From contig JACRMS010000003.1 of assembly GCA_016214845.1 (NCBI GenBank), positions 24,110 through 88,109 of the forward strand: a stretch of DNA of 64,000 bases, written 5' to 3'. The notes below the pieces were generated by a model. That model was not told the DNA's origin and did not search any database. It saw nothing but the letters and a program-made list of their open reading frames with translations. Positions 18,067 through 27,424 of the stretch are shown in pieces (position 1 is the first letter of the stretch; the number at the start of each line of letters is the position of its first letter). The position numbers were made by a program, and so were the translations under genes. Origin of the DNA: Nitrospirota bacterium. Lineage in GTDB: Bacteria > Nitrospirota > Thermodesulfovibrionia > UBA6902.

Positions 18067-18114
18067 ACCCGTAATATATTACATTTGCCTTGTCTCTTTT
18101 ACAAGATTCCCGAC

Positions 18115-18150
18115 AAAAAAAGAGGCGCGGGTAATCCCCGTGCCTCTTTT
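18115..18150 (-). terminator. intrinsic terminator after the amino-acid binding-protein gene (possibly bidirectional)
   Basis: The minus strand reads AGAGGCACGGGG-atta-CCCGCGCCTCT followed by TTTTTTT. The plus strand also has a short T-run after the stem. Confidence 0.7.
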
Positions 18151-18152
18151 AC

Positions 18153-18193
18153 TCTTTTGCTCTATGCCCTATGCTCTATGCCCTATGCTCTTT
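18153..18193. repeat. heptad repeat (ATGCCCT/ATGCTCT), intergenic copy
   Basis: ttttgctctatgccctatgctctatgccctatgctctttg. Same orientation as the 15444-15492 copy. Confidence 0.85.
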
Positions 18194-18215
18194 GTTTTTT
18201 CCCCTGCGCTTTAAA

Positions 18216-19088
18216 TCAATCCGGCCATACATAAAGCATGTCGCCGAATGTATCTTTGGGTAAACGAGGTCTTGCGTTTACTGAGAGCGGGGATTTGCCC
18301 TTGGGGCCGAACCACTTCTGGTAAATCTTTTCATAGGTGCCGTCCTTAAGCATGTCTTGCAGGATGAAGCTTATTTTATCTCTCCAGTCGCTTTCGTTTT
18401 CAGGAACGCCTATGCCGTAAAGTCCGGGGCTCCAGATGGCCCCGCCGACTGCTTCATATTCATCAGCCAAGCCGCCTGCTGCGGCAATGGACGCCATTAT
18501 CTGGGCATCCTGGGAATATGCGTCGATCTTTCCCTGCTTTAATGCGAGAAAACCTTCAGCGCTGTTCTGGAAGGAAAGCATCTCAGGTTTTGCGTCTGTA
18601 TATTTTGTGATTTCCTGCGGCGCTGCGATAAATGCGTTTGATCCCTGGTCAACGCCTAACTTCTTTCCACCGAGGTCTTTAATTGATTTGAATTTCCCTT
18701 TCTTAGCATAAAAGATCTTGCCTGTCCAGAAATATGGCGGCTCAGCATAATCCATCTGCTCCTCGCGGCTCCTGGTCTGGCTTATGTTTGCCAGTGAAAT
18801 GTCAATGGACCTGTTGGCAAGGAAAGCAATCCTCGTCTTGTTATCAACTAACACCCTTTCAATTTTCACTCCTAATTTCTCAGCGATTGCGCTTCCGAGG
18901 TCAACGTCAAAACCTGTCCACTCGCCTTTTTCATCAATGTAGTTCATCGGCGGGGTCGCGTTACCATGACCAATGCGTACAGTGCCTCTCTTCTTTACCT
19001 CGTCAAGCAGTCCTTCTGCCGCAGCGAGAGAAACTAAAGACACGATCAACAGTGCAGCCAACAACACAATTACGGTACTTCTTTTCAT
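18216..19088 (-). CDS. amino-acid ABC transporter substrate-binding protein (family 3)
   Basis: ATG 19088 is preceded by AAAGGAGA. Signal peptide. Typical polar amino-acid binding protein sequence (VRIGHGNATPPMNYIDEKGEWTGFDVDL...). Confidence 0.8.
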   Translation of the reverse strand: MKRSTVIVLLAALLIVSLVSLAAAEGLLDEVKKRGTVRIGHGNATPPMNYIDEKGEWTGFDVDLGSAIAEKLGVKIERVLVDNKTRIAFLANRSIDISLANISQTRSREEQMDYAEPPYFWTGKIFYAKKGKFKSIKDLGGKKLGVDQGSNAFIAAPQEITKYTDAKPEMLSFQNSAEGFLALKQGKIDAYSQDAQIMASIAAAGGLADEYEAVGGAIWSPGLYGIGVPENESDWRDKISFILQDMLKDGTYEKIYQKWFGPKGKSPLSVNARPRLPKDTFGDMLYVWPD

Positions 19089-19152
19089 ACAAAATTCTCC
19101 TTTCATAAGGTTTTATTTAGGCTTAGACTAAGCCGTTAGATGCCATTAGATT

Positions 19153-19168
19153 TGCAATATCTGTGCCA
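19153..19168 (-). promoter_or_regulatory. candidate sigma-54 (-24/-12) promoter of the amino-acid binding-protein gene
   Basis: The minus strand reads TGGCACagataTTGCA, a perfect consensus. It lies ~65 nt upstream of ATG 19088 and directly downstream of the sigma-54 activator gene. Confidence 0.65.
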
Positions 19169-19242
19169 ATAAAAATCAATAAATTTTCCTGAAAAATTAA
19201 GAAGCCTTTTGTTGAAGCATGTGCAAAAGTTGAGCAGGGTGT

Positions 19243-20646
19243 TCATTCTTTACGCAAATTACCATCGTCATCCGCGCTCATCTTTTCCCTGAGCGTATTG
19301 CGAGAAATGCCGAGGAGTTTTGCCGCAAGCGCCTGGTTATTCTTGGTCAATTCAAGGGCCCTTCTAACAAGAAGGCGTTCAAAATTTGAGACAGCCTCCC
19401 TGTATATATCTGTTCCGCCTTGCTGGAGGATCTCATTGATGGTTCCGGAAAGGGTCTTATCAATGTCTACGCTTTGAGCGGTCAACCTGATCTGGGACAG
19501 CCATTCACAATCTTTATAGGAAAGGAGGTCTTTCCTGCACAAAACCATTCCCCTCTGAATAACACTTTCAAGCTCCCTCACATTTCCAGGCCAGTCATAT
19601 TTTTTAAACTCTTCAAGTATCTCAGGCGACACGCCCTGGACTTCCTTGCCGAGTTCCCTGTTGAATTTCCTTATGAAATATTGTGCAAGGGCCTCTATAT
19701 CATCCCTTCTCTCCCTGAGCGGAGGCATGGTGATGCTCACAACATTCAAACGCCAGTAGAGGTCGTCCCTGAATTTACCCATATTGATCAGCGACTCAAG
19801 GTTCTTGTTTGTCGCCGCGATTATCCTCACGTCCGTCCTGATCAGGTCATTGCCCCCTACCCTCTGGAAACAGCCGTCCTGCAGCACCCTGAGCATCTTT
19901 GCCTGAAGCGAAAGCGGCATGTCCCCTATCTCGTCGAGAAACATTGTGCCCTTGTCGCATTGCTCGAACTTGCCGATCTTTTTATTTTCAGCCCCTGTAA
20001 ATGCGCCCTTCTCATGACCAAAGAGTTCGCTCTCAAGAAGTGTCTCCGGGATAGCAGCGCAGTTAACGGGCAGAAAAGGTTTGCTGGCCCTTTTACTGTG
20101 CTGAAAAACAGCCCTCGCGATCAGTTCTTTGCCTGTGCCTGTCTCGCCTCTTAAAAGTACGGTGACATCGCTTGCAGCGATCTGCCCTACCTTCTTGAAT
20201 ATCTCAAGCATGGCATCGCCTTTGCCAATTATCCTGTCGCCGGCTTCCTCAGGGACCCCTTCAAAACTTACAGGGATGTTCATCTTTCCTGCCGCAATGG
20301 CTTTTTCAACAAGCGATATTAATTGGGCGTTGTCAACGGGCTTTGTAATGTAATCAAAGGCCCCGTTCTTCATCGCGGTTATCGCCTTTTCAGAGGTGGT
20401 GTAGGCCGTCATGATTATTACACTGAGTGAGGGATGCAGTGACTTTAATTCGTTAAGTGTTTCGATGCCGTCCCTGCCCGGCATGTTGACATCCATGATA
20501 ACGAGGTCGGGCTGCTCCCTGTTTACTTTCTCAAGGGCCTCCTCGCCGCTTGACGCGGTGACAACATCGTAGTCGTGCCGCCCAAGGACCTTTTTAAAAG
20601 AATGAAGTATCCCCGCCTCGTCGTCTACAACAAGAATTTTATCCAT
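19243..20646 (-). CDS. sigma-54-dependent response regulator (NtrC family)
   Basis: REC domain (ILVVDDE...DLVIMDVNMPG). AAA+ domain with Walker A GETGTGKE and the GAFTGA loop. C-terminal Fis-type HTH (AAKLLGISRNTLREK). Confidence 0.9.
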   Translation of the reverse strand: MDKILVVDDEAGILHSFKKVLGRHDYDVVTASSGEEALEKVNREQPDLVIMDVNMPGRDGIETLNELKSLHPSLSVIIMTAYTTSEKAITAMKNGAFDYITKPVDNAQLISLVEKAIAAGKMNIPVSFEGVPEEAGDRIIGKGDAMLEIFKKVGQIAASDVTVLLRGETGTGKELIARAVFQHSKRASKPFLPVNCAAIPETLLESELFGHEKGAFTGAENKKIGKFEQCDKGTMFLDEIGDMPLSLQAKMLRVLQDGCFQRVGGNDLIRTDVRIIAATNKNLESLINMGKFRDDLYWRLNVVSITMPPLRERRDDIEALAQYFIRKFNRELGKEVQGVSPEILEEFKKYDWPGNVRELESVIQRGMVLCRKDLLSYKDCEWLSQIRLTAQSVDIDKTLSGTINEILQQGGTDIYREAVSNFERLLVRRALELTKNNQALAAKLLGISRNTLREKMSADDDGNLRKE

Positions 20647-20690
20647 GATTTGTTTATTTTAAGTAAGAATTGAAATGATAGCAACAGGGT

Positions 20691-20715
20691 AGGGGCGGGT
20701 TTAAAACCCGCCCTT
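20691..20715. repeat. GC-rich palindrome AGGGGCGGGTTTAAAACCCGCCCTT between the kinase and regulator genes
   Basis: Stem GGGCGGGTTT/AAACCCGCCC. It is followed by a second small palindrome ACGTTAAAACGT. Confidence 0.6.
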
Positions 20716-20777
20716 ACGTTAAAACGTAATTCTTTGGGGGGTGTTCTCGGCCCCTTTAAAATGTTGCGGTATCTTAT

Positions 20778-22172
20778 TCACTTCCCTACCGGCAGCCTCA
20801 CCGTAAACACTGTCCCCGCGCCTTCGTTGCTGTGGAAGAACAGCTTGCCGCCGTGGGATTTGACGATGTTATAGGCGATAGAAAGGCCGAGCCCGGTGCC
20901 GTTTTCCTTTGTCGTGAAAAAAGGGTCAAAGACCTTTGATCGTATATCCGCCGGGATGCCGCTGCCTTTGTCCCATATCATTACCTCCACGAATTTGTCA
21001 TCTGTCTTTCCCGATATCCTGATCTCGCCGCCGTTAGACATAGCCTGAACTGAATTGAGAATGAGGTTCAGGAATACATGTTCGAGCAGCGACCTGTCCC
21101 CCTTTATCTCAGGCAATGTTTCCATCATATCTTTCTGTACTGATATACCGTAGTTGCGGACATCGAATGAAGCGAGAGACAGGACCCGGTCGATCAGCGC
21201 GTTTAAATTTATTTCAGAGTAATGGAAACTCTTCTGTTTTACGAACCCGAGAAATCTTGTAATTATGGTGTCTATCTTCTCGATCTCTTTGCTGATGACC
21301 TCGGCATCTTCCTTTGTCAGGTCAGGCTGTTCTTTAAATGCCTGAAAAAGCATCTTGAGTGTTGTTATAGGATTTTTCAGTTCGTGGCCGAGGCCCGCCG
21401 AGATCTGCCCGATTGTTGAAAGCTTCTCAGCCTGCAAAAGGTGCGTGTAGGTGTACGCCTCTTCCATCTTCTCCTTTACTTTTTTGAGCTCCATCGAAAG
21501 CCTGTTGAAATTGCGCGCGAGGTACCCTATTTCCCCCCCGTAAGGGACATCCACCCTCTTGCCGAACTCCCCTCGCCCAAGGACCTTTGTAAACTCTACA
21601 AATTTATTCAGCGGCTCTGTGATCAAACGGCTGAAAATAAATGACGCAACCACGCCAAGGAGTGTCACGAAAATTATTACCGGAAATGTCAGCGCCCTGA
21701 CCTGCGAGAGGGTCTGTTTTAACTTGTCCTCCCTGATGCCCAGATGCAGCTCCGACTTCGTGCCGTTAAAGACCTTTACCCCGACATCCCTGATAAAACC
21801 TTTCTCCGTGTCAAGAAGCTGCACATTTGTTGTCTTATCAGCAAGAGGGTTCCAGGATAAAATGCCGGGAGGGATTTCATTGTTGAAAGTGTGGGCGACA
21901 ATCTTGCCTTCTTCGTTTGTGACAAAGATATATTCAACATCATTTTCTTTATTACGGACTTCATCAATGTCCTTTGATGCCTGGAAATAGTCTTTCAGTA
22001 GAACATGATTGGCGACCCTGTCGGAAAGGTTGCCTGCAATAGAGACGGCCCTCTTTTCAAGTTCCTCCCTGAAGGCGTTGATGATCACACCCCTTATTGC
22101 AAGCAGGGTAAAGAATACAACGCTGACCGCCATCGCGGTCGTGAGCAGTGTTATTTTCGTTCGTAGTTTCAT
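20778..22172 (-). CDS. sensor histidine kinase (TM, extracytoplasmic sensor, HAMP, HisKA, HATPase)
   Basis: Two TM segments. H-box SAGLGHELKNP. ATPase boxes ...NSVQAM... and GTGLGLSIAYNIV. Confidence 0.85.
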   Translation of the reverse strand: MKLRTKITLLTTAMAVSVVFFTLLAIRGVIINAFREELEKRAVSIAGNLSDRVANHVLLKDYFQASKDIDEVRNKENDVEYIFVTNEEGKIVAHTFNNEIPPGILSWNPLADKTTNVQLLDTEKGFIRDVGVKVFNGTKSELHLGIREDKLKQTLSQVRALTFPVIIFVTLLGVVASFIFSRLITEPLNKFVEFTKVLGRGEFGKRVDVPYGGEIGYLARNFNRLSMELKKVKEKMEEAYTYTHLLQAEKLSTIGQISAGLGHELKNPITTLKMLFQAFKEQPDLTKEDAEVISKEIEKIDTIITRFLGFVKQKSFHYSEINLNALIDRVLSLASFDVRNYGISVQKDMMETLPEIKGDRSLLEHVFLNLILNSVQAMSNGGEIRISGKTDDKFVEVMIWDKGSGIPADIRSKVFDPFFTTKENGTGLGLSIAYNIVKSHGGKLFFHSNEGAGTVFTVRLPVGK

Positions 22173-22185
22173 TTAAAAATTAAAA

Positions 22186-22328
22186 CACAGAGTCACTGAG
22201 ACACAGAGAAAGAAGTTTAGAAGTTATGAAGTTGAGAAATTAAGAAGATACGAAAACCAATAGAACTCCGGCTCAACTTCCCAATTTCTCATCTTCTGTT
22301 GTCCTCAGTGCCTCCGTGTCTCTGTGTT
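22186..22328. repeat. nested heptad palindrome (outer CACAGAG-type arms, inner GAAGTTA-type arms)
   Basis: aacacagagtcactgagacacagag + aaagaagtttagaagttatgaagttgagaaattaagaag ... caacttcccaatttctcatcttctg + cctcagtgcctccgtgtctctgtgtt. It lies between the PhnD-like and kinase genes. Confidence 0.85.
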
Positions 22329-22334
22329 TAATAT

Positions 22335-23279
22335 TCACTCCTTCAGCAGTCCATATTTTCTTGCAAGGGCCTTCACCTTTTCCATCTCAAGCTCATTCAC
22401 TTTGGTAAACCCGAAGGGCATCTCTGTTTTGTCCCAGTCCTCAAGCACGGCTTTATGCCTTCCCATTGGTTCAAAGGCAAGCAGGGCGGACCTGACGGCC
22501 TCAACCGTTTTACTGTCCACGGAATTATTGTAAGCAATGAGGCTGCTTGGATACGGCTCTGAAATTTTCAGGATCTTTATCTTCCCTTCCAAGGACAATC
22601 TTTTCGCAAGCGCGTCCTGAATTCCTCCTGCATCGCATTCTCCGTTGAGCACCATTTTTAAAGTGTCAAGATGAGAACCTGTGTATATATATTTACCGAG
22701 ATCATTCAGTGTGATCCCTTCGTCCTGCAGCATCTTCCTCGGTATCAGGTGCCCCTGTGTCGACATCCTCGCACCGAACGCAAAGCATTTTCCCTTCAAC
22801 TCCTTCAAATCATGCACCTTGCTATTGGGCGCTGTAAAGATTATTGAATTATAGGTCGTGTCGCCTTCCTTATTGACCCCGCTTACAAGATACCTGATCC
22901 CGTACCTGGCCTCCCCGATAACATAACTTAGAGTTCCGACCGCCGCGAAGTGGGTAACGCCTTTGCCGAGGTCTTCAACCGTGTCCTCATATTTTTCTGA
23001 AAATTTAATACGGAAATGCCTGCCTGTTGCAGCTTCAAGATATTTAAGAAACGGGAGGTAAATCCTGACGTCTTCTTTTGGCCCGAGCCTGAGGTCAAAT
23101 CCGAACCAGAGGGTGTCCGGCGGTGTAGAATCAACGGCCCCTGACGGTTCAACAGTCTTTTTTGTAAGACTTACCTTCTTCGGGGTTTCTTCTTTCACAC
23201 ATCCTGATGATAACAGCATAAAAAGAATGACCGGTATCAAGCAACATCTGGATCTCGCCGCATTCATAGCTGTATACAT
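22335..23279 (-). CDS. PhnD-like (phosphonate/phosphate-type) ABC substrate-binding lipoprotein, likely co-sensor of the kinase
   Basis: Lipobox LSSGC. The overall PhnD-family pattern is judged by eye. It lies immediately upstream of the kinase gene on the same strand. Confidence 0.55.
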   Translation of the reverse strand: MYTAMNAARSRCCLIPVILFMLLSSGCVKEETPKKVSLTKKTVEPSGAVDSTPPDTLWFGFDLRLGPKEDVRIYLPFLKYLEAATGRHFRIKFSEKYEDTVEDLGKGVTHFAAVGTLSYVIGEARYGIRYLVSGVNKEGDTTYNSIIFTAPNSKVHDLKELKGKCFAFGARMSTQGHLIPRKMLQDEGITLNDLGKYIYTGSHLDTLKMVLNGECDAGGIQDALAKRLSLEGKIKILKISEPYPSSLIAYNNSVDSKTVEAVRSALLAFEPMGRHKAVLEDWDKTEMPFGFTKVNELEMEKVKALARKYGLLKE

Positions 23280-23480
23280 AATCGGAATATTTTAACTTTT
23301 ATATAAAAATTATGGAAAGCGGAGCAGGGTGATTATTATATTTATTTTGTTTTAATTAAAAGGGTATAATAAACGCACCATCAAAATATTTTAGGATCCA
23401 TGATATCCAAAGACAAAAAAATGTGTTGATTGTATCCCTAATTTCCGTGCAATTAAATAACATATAACACAAGGGAGAAG

Positions 23481-24218
23481 ATGAAGATCCTTAATCTGAG
23501 ATATGATTTTGACTGGAGCATCCCTTTCAGAGAGCCTTTCCTCGGATGGTTAATAACAGGCGTAAAACTTACGGTCCTTATAGCGGTTGTCACCTCTGTA
23601 TTGTCCCTGCTTTTAGGGACCGCACTTGCGATAGCAAGGACCTCAAGGTTCAAGTTCCTTAACATCCCCGGAAAACTGTTTACTGAAATCGTCAGAAATA
23701 TCCCCGGCCTGTTCTGGCTGCTTTTCTTCTACTTTGTATTCCCCCAGATGCTGCCTTCCGCGCTTACCGACAAATTGAACCAATATACTTATTACTCTGT
23801 AGTTGCCGGGGTCCTCGGACTTACAATTGATAATTCCGTATACGTTTCAGACATTGTCAGAACAGGGCTGCTGGGTTTGCCGAGGGGACAAATAGAGGCG
23901 GCGGTCTCAACGGGGCTAAACAGGTTCCAGCAGATATGGTACGTAATATTGCCCGGCGCATTCAGGACCATCCTCCCCCCGCTGGGGACCAGGATGATAC
24001 ATAATTTCAAGAACAGCTCTCTCTGCATGGCTATAACCACCCCTGAGCTGACATGGGCCACCCAGCAGGTTGAGTCCATTACATTCAGGGGGCTTGAGGT
24101 GACTTTTCTGGCAACGGTTTTTTATATAGGGCTCTCTCTTGTGATGGCGGCGATTGTTATCAGGCTTGAGAGATGGCTGAAGATCGATCTCACGAGCATC
24201 AACAGGATGAGAACATAA
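23481..24218 (+). CDS. amino-acid ABC transporter permease (His/Glu/Gln/Arg/opine family)
   Basis: Multi-TM protein with an EAA-type loop GLPRGQIEAAVSTGLNRFQQIWYVILPGAFRTILPPLG. Confidence 0.85.
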   Translation: MKILNLRYDFDWSIPFREPFLGWLITGVKLTVLIAVVTSVLSLLLGTALAIARTSRFKFLNIPGKLFTEIVRNIPGLFWLLFFYFVFPQMLPSALTDKLNQYTYYSVVAGVLGLTIDNSVYVSDIVRTGLLGLPRGQIEAAVSTGLNRFQQIWYVILPGAFRTILPPLGTRMIHNFKNSSLCMAITTPELTWATQQVESITFRGLEVTFLATVFYIGLSLVMAAIVIRLERWLKIDLTSINRMRT

Positions 24219-24219
24219 G

Positions 24220-24993
24220 ATGGAATTTTTCTTTGAGCAGCTTGCAAACTGGAAGTTTTATCTCACAGGGGCTTACCCGTCAGGCCCTCTTACGGGATTG
24301 GCGATCAACATTGTCCTTGCGGTCATCTCTATCACTATCGGTTTGTTCTTCGGAATATTCTTCGGCCTTGGCAGGACCTCATGCAGGAGGTATCTCCGTT
24401 ATCCGTGCAGTATTTATATCGATGTCATAAGGTCCACGCCTCTGCTTATGATCATCTTCTGGTTCTATTTCATGATCCCTGTCATTGGCATCAGGCTGCC
24501 GCTTTTCTGGTGTGCGGTGATCTCACTTTCGGTCTACGCGTCCGCTTATCAGGCAGAAATAGTAAGGGCCGGTTTTATTGCAGTGCCGATGGGACAGATG
24601 GAGGCGGCCATATCCACCGGCATGTCCAGGTTCCAGGCGTTAAGGCACGTTATCCTTCCGCAGGCCTTCAGGAAGATGCTTCCGTCTTTTGTCAGCTTTT
24701 TCAACTCCCTGTTTAAGAGCACCTCTATTGTCTACATTATAGGATTAGTGGACCTCACCCGGACAGGCATAATCATCAGCCAGCGCCAGCCTAACAGGAT
24801 ATATGCGGCTTATGTATGCATGGCGATAGGTTTCTGGATTGTGTGTTATGCGCTCTCTTACGCGGCACAGATGCTTGAGAAAAAACTGGGGATGCTTGAT
24901 TATGAATCGTATAAACCTGAGATATGCAGGCAAGACCTTCTGTTGATACCGCTGCCCAAGTCTGTTAAAAGATATCTCGCCTCACAGAAATAA
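24220..24993 (+). CDS. amino-acid ABC transporter permease (second subunit)
   Basis: Multi-TM protein with EAA-type loop AVPMGQMEAAISTGMSRFQALRHVILPQAFRKMLPSF. It starts 1 nt after the upstream stop. Confidence 0.85.
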   Translation: MEFFFEQLANWKFYLTGAYPSGPLTGLAINIVLAVISITIGLFFGIFFGLGRTSCRRYLRYPCSIYIDVIRSTPLLMIIFWFYFMIPVIGIRLPLFWCAVISLSVYASAYQAEIVRAGFIAVPMGQMEAAISTGMSRFQALRHVILPQAFRKMLPSFVSFFNSLFKSTSIVYIIGLVDLTRTGIIISQRQPNRIYAAYVCMAIGFWIVCYALSYAAQMLEKKLGMLDYESYKPEICRQDLLLIPLPKSVKRYLASQK

Positions 24994-25158
24994 TCCGCAG
25001 CCTTGTTCAAATAATGAGCAGTATGCTCAAATAGTTACCAGCTTTTTGTTTTGGCCGCAAACAATCTCATTGAATTCAAAAGGCCTTTCCCAAAGTTATC
25101 AGGAGCACAAATTTTGCTATTAAGACATTCTGTTGAAAATAACGCATTGGAGAAATTG

Positions 25159-26109
25159 ATGAATGACTTTGAGCAAAAGTTAAAAGAGGCCGGATATCAT
25201 CCATTGACTGCAAGAGACATCTCCACCCTTCAGGTCAATATAGGCTACAAATGCAATTTGAGATGCAGGCACTGCCACGTGGAAGCGTCCCCTGAGAGAA
25301 AAGAGGTAATGTCTTTAAGCACTATGGCAAAGCTCCTTTATATTTTAGGAGAGAACAAAGAGATAAATGCCGTTGACATCACCGGCGGCTCACCTGAGCT
25401 CAATCCTTATTTTAAATATTTTGTAAAATCATGCGCGGATACAGGAAAGAACGTCATCGTCAGGTCAAACCTTGCAATATATTCCGAAAAAGGCCTGGAG
25501 GACATCCCCGATTTTCTTGCGGAGCAAAAAGTAAAAATAGTGGCATCACTGCCCTGCTACACTGAACAAGGCGTGGACAGCCAGAGAGGCACGGGAACAT
25601 ACAAAAAGGCCATATCCGCGTTAAAGCGCCTCAACAGCATTGGATACGGAAACGGCGCAGGGCTTGAAGTAGACATTATGTTCAACCCCGCAAAGGCTGA
25701 GATCGCGCCTGATCAACACGTATTGGAAAATGTATACAGGGGGAAGTTAAAGGAGATGCACAACGTCACATTTAATCACCTGATCGCGTTGAGCAACATG
25801 CCCATTGGAAGGCTCGGCAAGTCCTTATCGGACGAAGGCAAGAAAAAATATATAAAAGAGCTTGAAGAAAAATTTAATCCCGATACAGTGAAGAACCTCA
25901 TGTGCAGGCATCTGGTAAGCATATCTCCAGACGGCAAAATTTACGACTGTGATTTCTGGCAGATGATTAATCTGCCTGTTAAGAGCGATTGCTCGCATGT
26001 GGATAGATTCGATTACGCGGCATTGAGCAGCAGGTCAATCGTAACAACTCCGCTGTGTTTCATGTGTGCCGCAGGCTCCGGAGCAAGCTGCAGCGGGGCG
26101 CTGGCATAA
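25159..26109 (+). CDS. arsS: ArsS-like radical SAM/Cys-rich-domain protein (paralogue 1)
   Basis: Start chosen at ATG 25159 (GGAGA 6 nt upstream), which aligns with the N-terminus of paralogue 2. CX3CX2C motif in YKCNLRCRHCHVEASP. C-terminal Cys-rich tail CFMCAAGSGASCSGALA. Confidence 0.75.
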   Translation: MNDFEQKLKEAGYHPLTARDISTLQVNIGYKCNLRCRHCHVEASPERKEVMSLSTMAKLLYILGENKEINAVDITGGSPELNPYFKYFVKSCADTGKNVIVRSNLAIYSEKGLEDIPDFLAEQKVKIVASLPCYTEQGVDSQRGTGTYKKAISALKRLNSIGYGNGAGLEVDIMFNPAKAEIAPDQHVLENVYRGKLKEMHNVTFNHLIALSNMPIGRLGKSLSDEGKKKYIKELEEKFNPDTVKNLMCRHLVSISPDGKIYDCDFWQMINLPVKSDCSHVDRFDYAALSSRSIVTTPLCFMCAAGSGASCSGALA

Positions 26110-26168
26110 AAATTTTACTTTTATTTGCCTTGTTGCACAACTATCTTGACTGATGAAGGAGGTTTAAG

Positions 26169-27125
26169 ATGAATAGCTTTGATAAAAAATTAAAAGCAAC
26201 AAATAATTATCCTCTGAAGCCTGAGGGCATCTCCACCCTTCAGGTGAACATGGGATATAAATGCAATCTGACCTGCACTCATTGCCATGTTGAGGCTTCC
26301 CCTAAAAGAACTGAAGAGATGTCGTCTGCAACTGTAGATAAGATAATTGAGATATTAAGCCTGCGCAATGAGATAACCACTGTTGATATTACCGGGGGAT
26401 CTCCTGAATATAATCCAAACTATAGACGCCTCGTTAAATTCGCTACGGATATGGGCAAGAGAGTGATGGTTAGAACAAACCTTGCGATCTATTTTGAGCC
26501 GGGGATGGGAAACATCCCGGAATTTCTTGCGGAAAATAAAGTTAAGATTATTGCCTCCCTTCCCTGCTATACAAAAGAAGGTGTTGACGGTCAACGTGGA
26601 AATGGCACGTATGATAAGGCCATCTCTGCGTTAAAACGCCTTAATAAACTTGGATACGGGCAGGAAGGCACCGGCCTTGAAATCGACCTTATGTTCAACC
26701 CGGCAAAAGAAGGCATTGCGCCGGACCAGCATATGCTTGAAAATGCATACAGGGGAAAATTAAAGAAGATGCACGGCGTGACCTTCAATCATCTTATAGC
26801 GCTGAGCAATATGCCGATAGGCAGGCTTGCAAAATCTATGTCAGTGGCGGATACGGAAGATTATTTAAAACAGCTCCAGGAAAAATTCAACCCGGACACG
26901 GTTAAAAATCTCATGTGCAGGCATTTGATAAGCGTTGCGCCCAATGGGACAATTTATGACTGTGATTTCTGGCAGGCGATTAAACTATCTGTAAGAACCA
27001 GAAGTTCGGACCACATCAATGAGTTTGATTATGGCGCGCTGAAGAACAGGGACATTGTCACGGCCTCATTATGTTTTATGTGCACAGCAGGTGCAGGCGC
27101 AAGCTGCAGCGGGGCGTTGGCGTAA
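26169..27125 (+). CDS. arsS: ArsS-like radical SAM/Cys-rich-domain protein (paralogue 2)
   Basis: RBS GAAGGAGG. YKCNLTCTHCHVEASP. C-terminal CFMCTAGAGASCSGALA. Collinear with the 25159..26109 product over its full length. Confidence 0.8.
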   Translation: MNSFDKKLKATNNYPLKPEGISTLQVNMGYKCNLTCTHCHVEASPKRTEEMSSATVDKIIEILSLRNEITTVDITGGSPEYNPNYRRLVKFATDMGKRVMVRTNLAIYFEPGMGNIPEFLAENKVKIIASLPCYTKEGVDGQRGNGTYDKAISALKRLNKLGYGQEGTGLEIDLMFNPAKEGIAPDQHMLENAYRGKLKKMHGVTFNHLIALSNMPIGRLAKSMSVADTEDYLKQLQEKFNPDTVKNLMCRHLISVAPNGTIYDCDFWQAIKLSVRTRSSDHINEFDYGALKNRDIVTASLCFMCTAGAGASCSGALA

Positions 27126-27128
27126 ATT

Positions 27129-27161
27129 CAGAGCAAAGAGCAGAGATGACAGAGCACAGAC
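27129..27161. repeat. single-arm heptad repeat (AGAGCAA AGAGCAG AGATGAC AGAGCAC)
   Basis: cagagcaaagagcagagatgacagagcacagac, immediately after the stop at 27125. It is the approximate complement of the 15444/18153 word family. Confidence 0.7.
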
Positions 27162-27346
27162 AAAAAACACTAAATAAAAAAATGACAACCGACGAAGACA
27201 GCAAAAAACAGTTTAAAAGAGAACTGCTTGAGCTCTTCCGTAAGTTCGGCTACCTCAATGAAGGGAAAGATTACGAAGTGAAGCTCCGGACTACATCAGG
27301 CAGTATCGCATGGATTAACATCAACAGCATAGAGACGATTAAGTAG
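27146..27346 (+). CDS. small hypothetical protein (weakly supported)
   Basis: Open frame after the rSAM gene. The start is ambiguous (ATG 27146 or 27182) and the N-terminus overlaps a heptad repeat. No recognisable motif. Confidence 0.3.
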   Translation: MTEHRQKTLNKKMTTDEDSKKQFKRELLELFRKFGYLNEGKDYEVKLRTTSGSIAWININSIETIK

Positions 27347-27355
27347 AGGCGCAAT

Positions 27356-27420
27356 CTGTCATGCTGAACTTGTTTCAGCATCTTATTGCAAGAGACCCTG
27401 AAACGAGTTCAGGGTGACAG
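27356..27420. repeat. GTCAT...ATGAC-type multi-hairpin REP-like element
   Basis: The outer stem CTGTCA/TGACAG encloses two hairpins, ATGCTGAActtgTTTCAGCAT and ACCCTGAAacgaGTTCAGGGT. Confidence 0.8.
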
Positions 27421-27424
27421 CGTG

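Noticed and set aside
18216-24993. Amino-acid ABC transporter lacking an ATPase gene, considered as a degenerate or orphan system.
   Set aside because: ATP-binding subunits are often encoded elsewhere or shared. The binding protein and both permeases look intact.
25103-25118. Sigma-54-like sequence GAGCACaaattTTGCT upstream of the first ArsS-like gene.
   Set aside because: The invariant -24 GG dinucleotide is AG here, which is too weak to call.
25051-25158. ORF-track starts upstream of RBS-supported ATGs: 25051, 27504, 28457, 33096, 36387, 40966, 43583, 45002, 49039 and 60225.
   Set aside because: The longer forms begin at non-ATG codons, overlap the upstream gene, or run through terminator hairpins. 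Internal ATGs preceded by GGAG-type sites align with the N-termini of paralogues.
26040-26109. Possible selenocysteine (in-frame TGA) in the C-terminal Cys-rich motif of the ArsS-like proteins.
   Set aside because: All three paralogues encode Cys at every position of the CxxCxAGxGxSC motif. There is no in-frame TGA and no SECIS-like hairpin.
27146-27346. Small ORF after two radical SAM genes considered as a RiPP precursor peptide.
   Set aside because: ArsS-type enzymes are not known peptide maturases. The peptide has no Cys/Ser/Thr-rich core or recognisable leader, and its start overlaps a repeat element. It is kept only as a low-confidence CDS.
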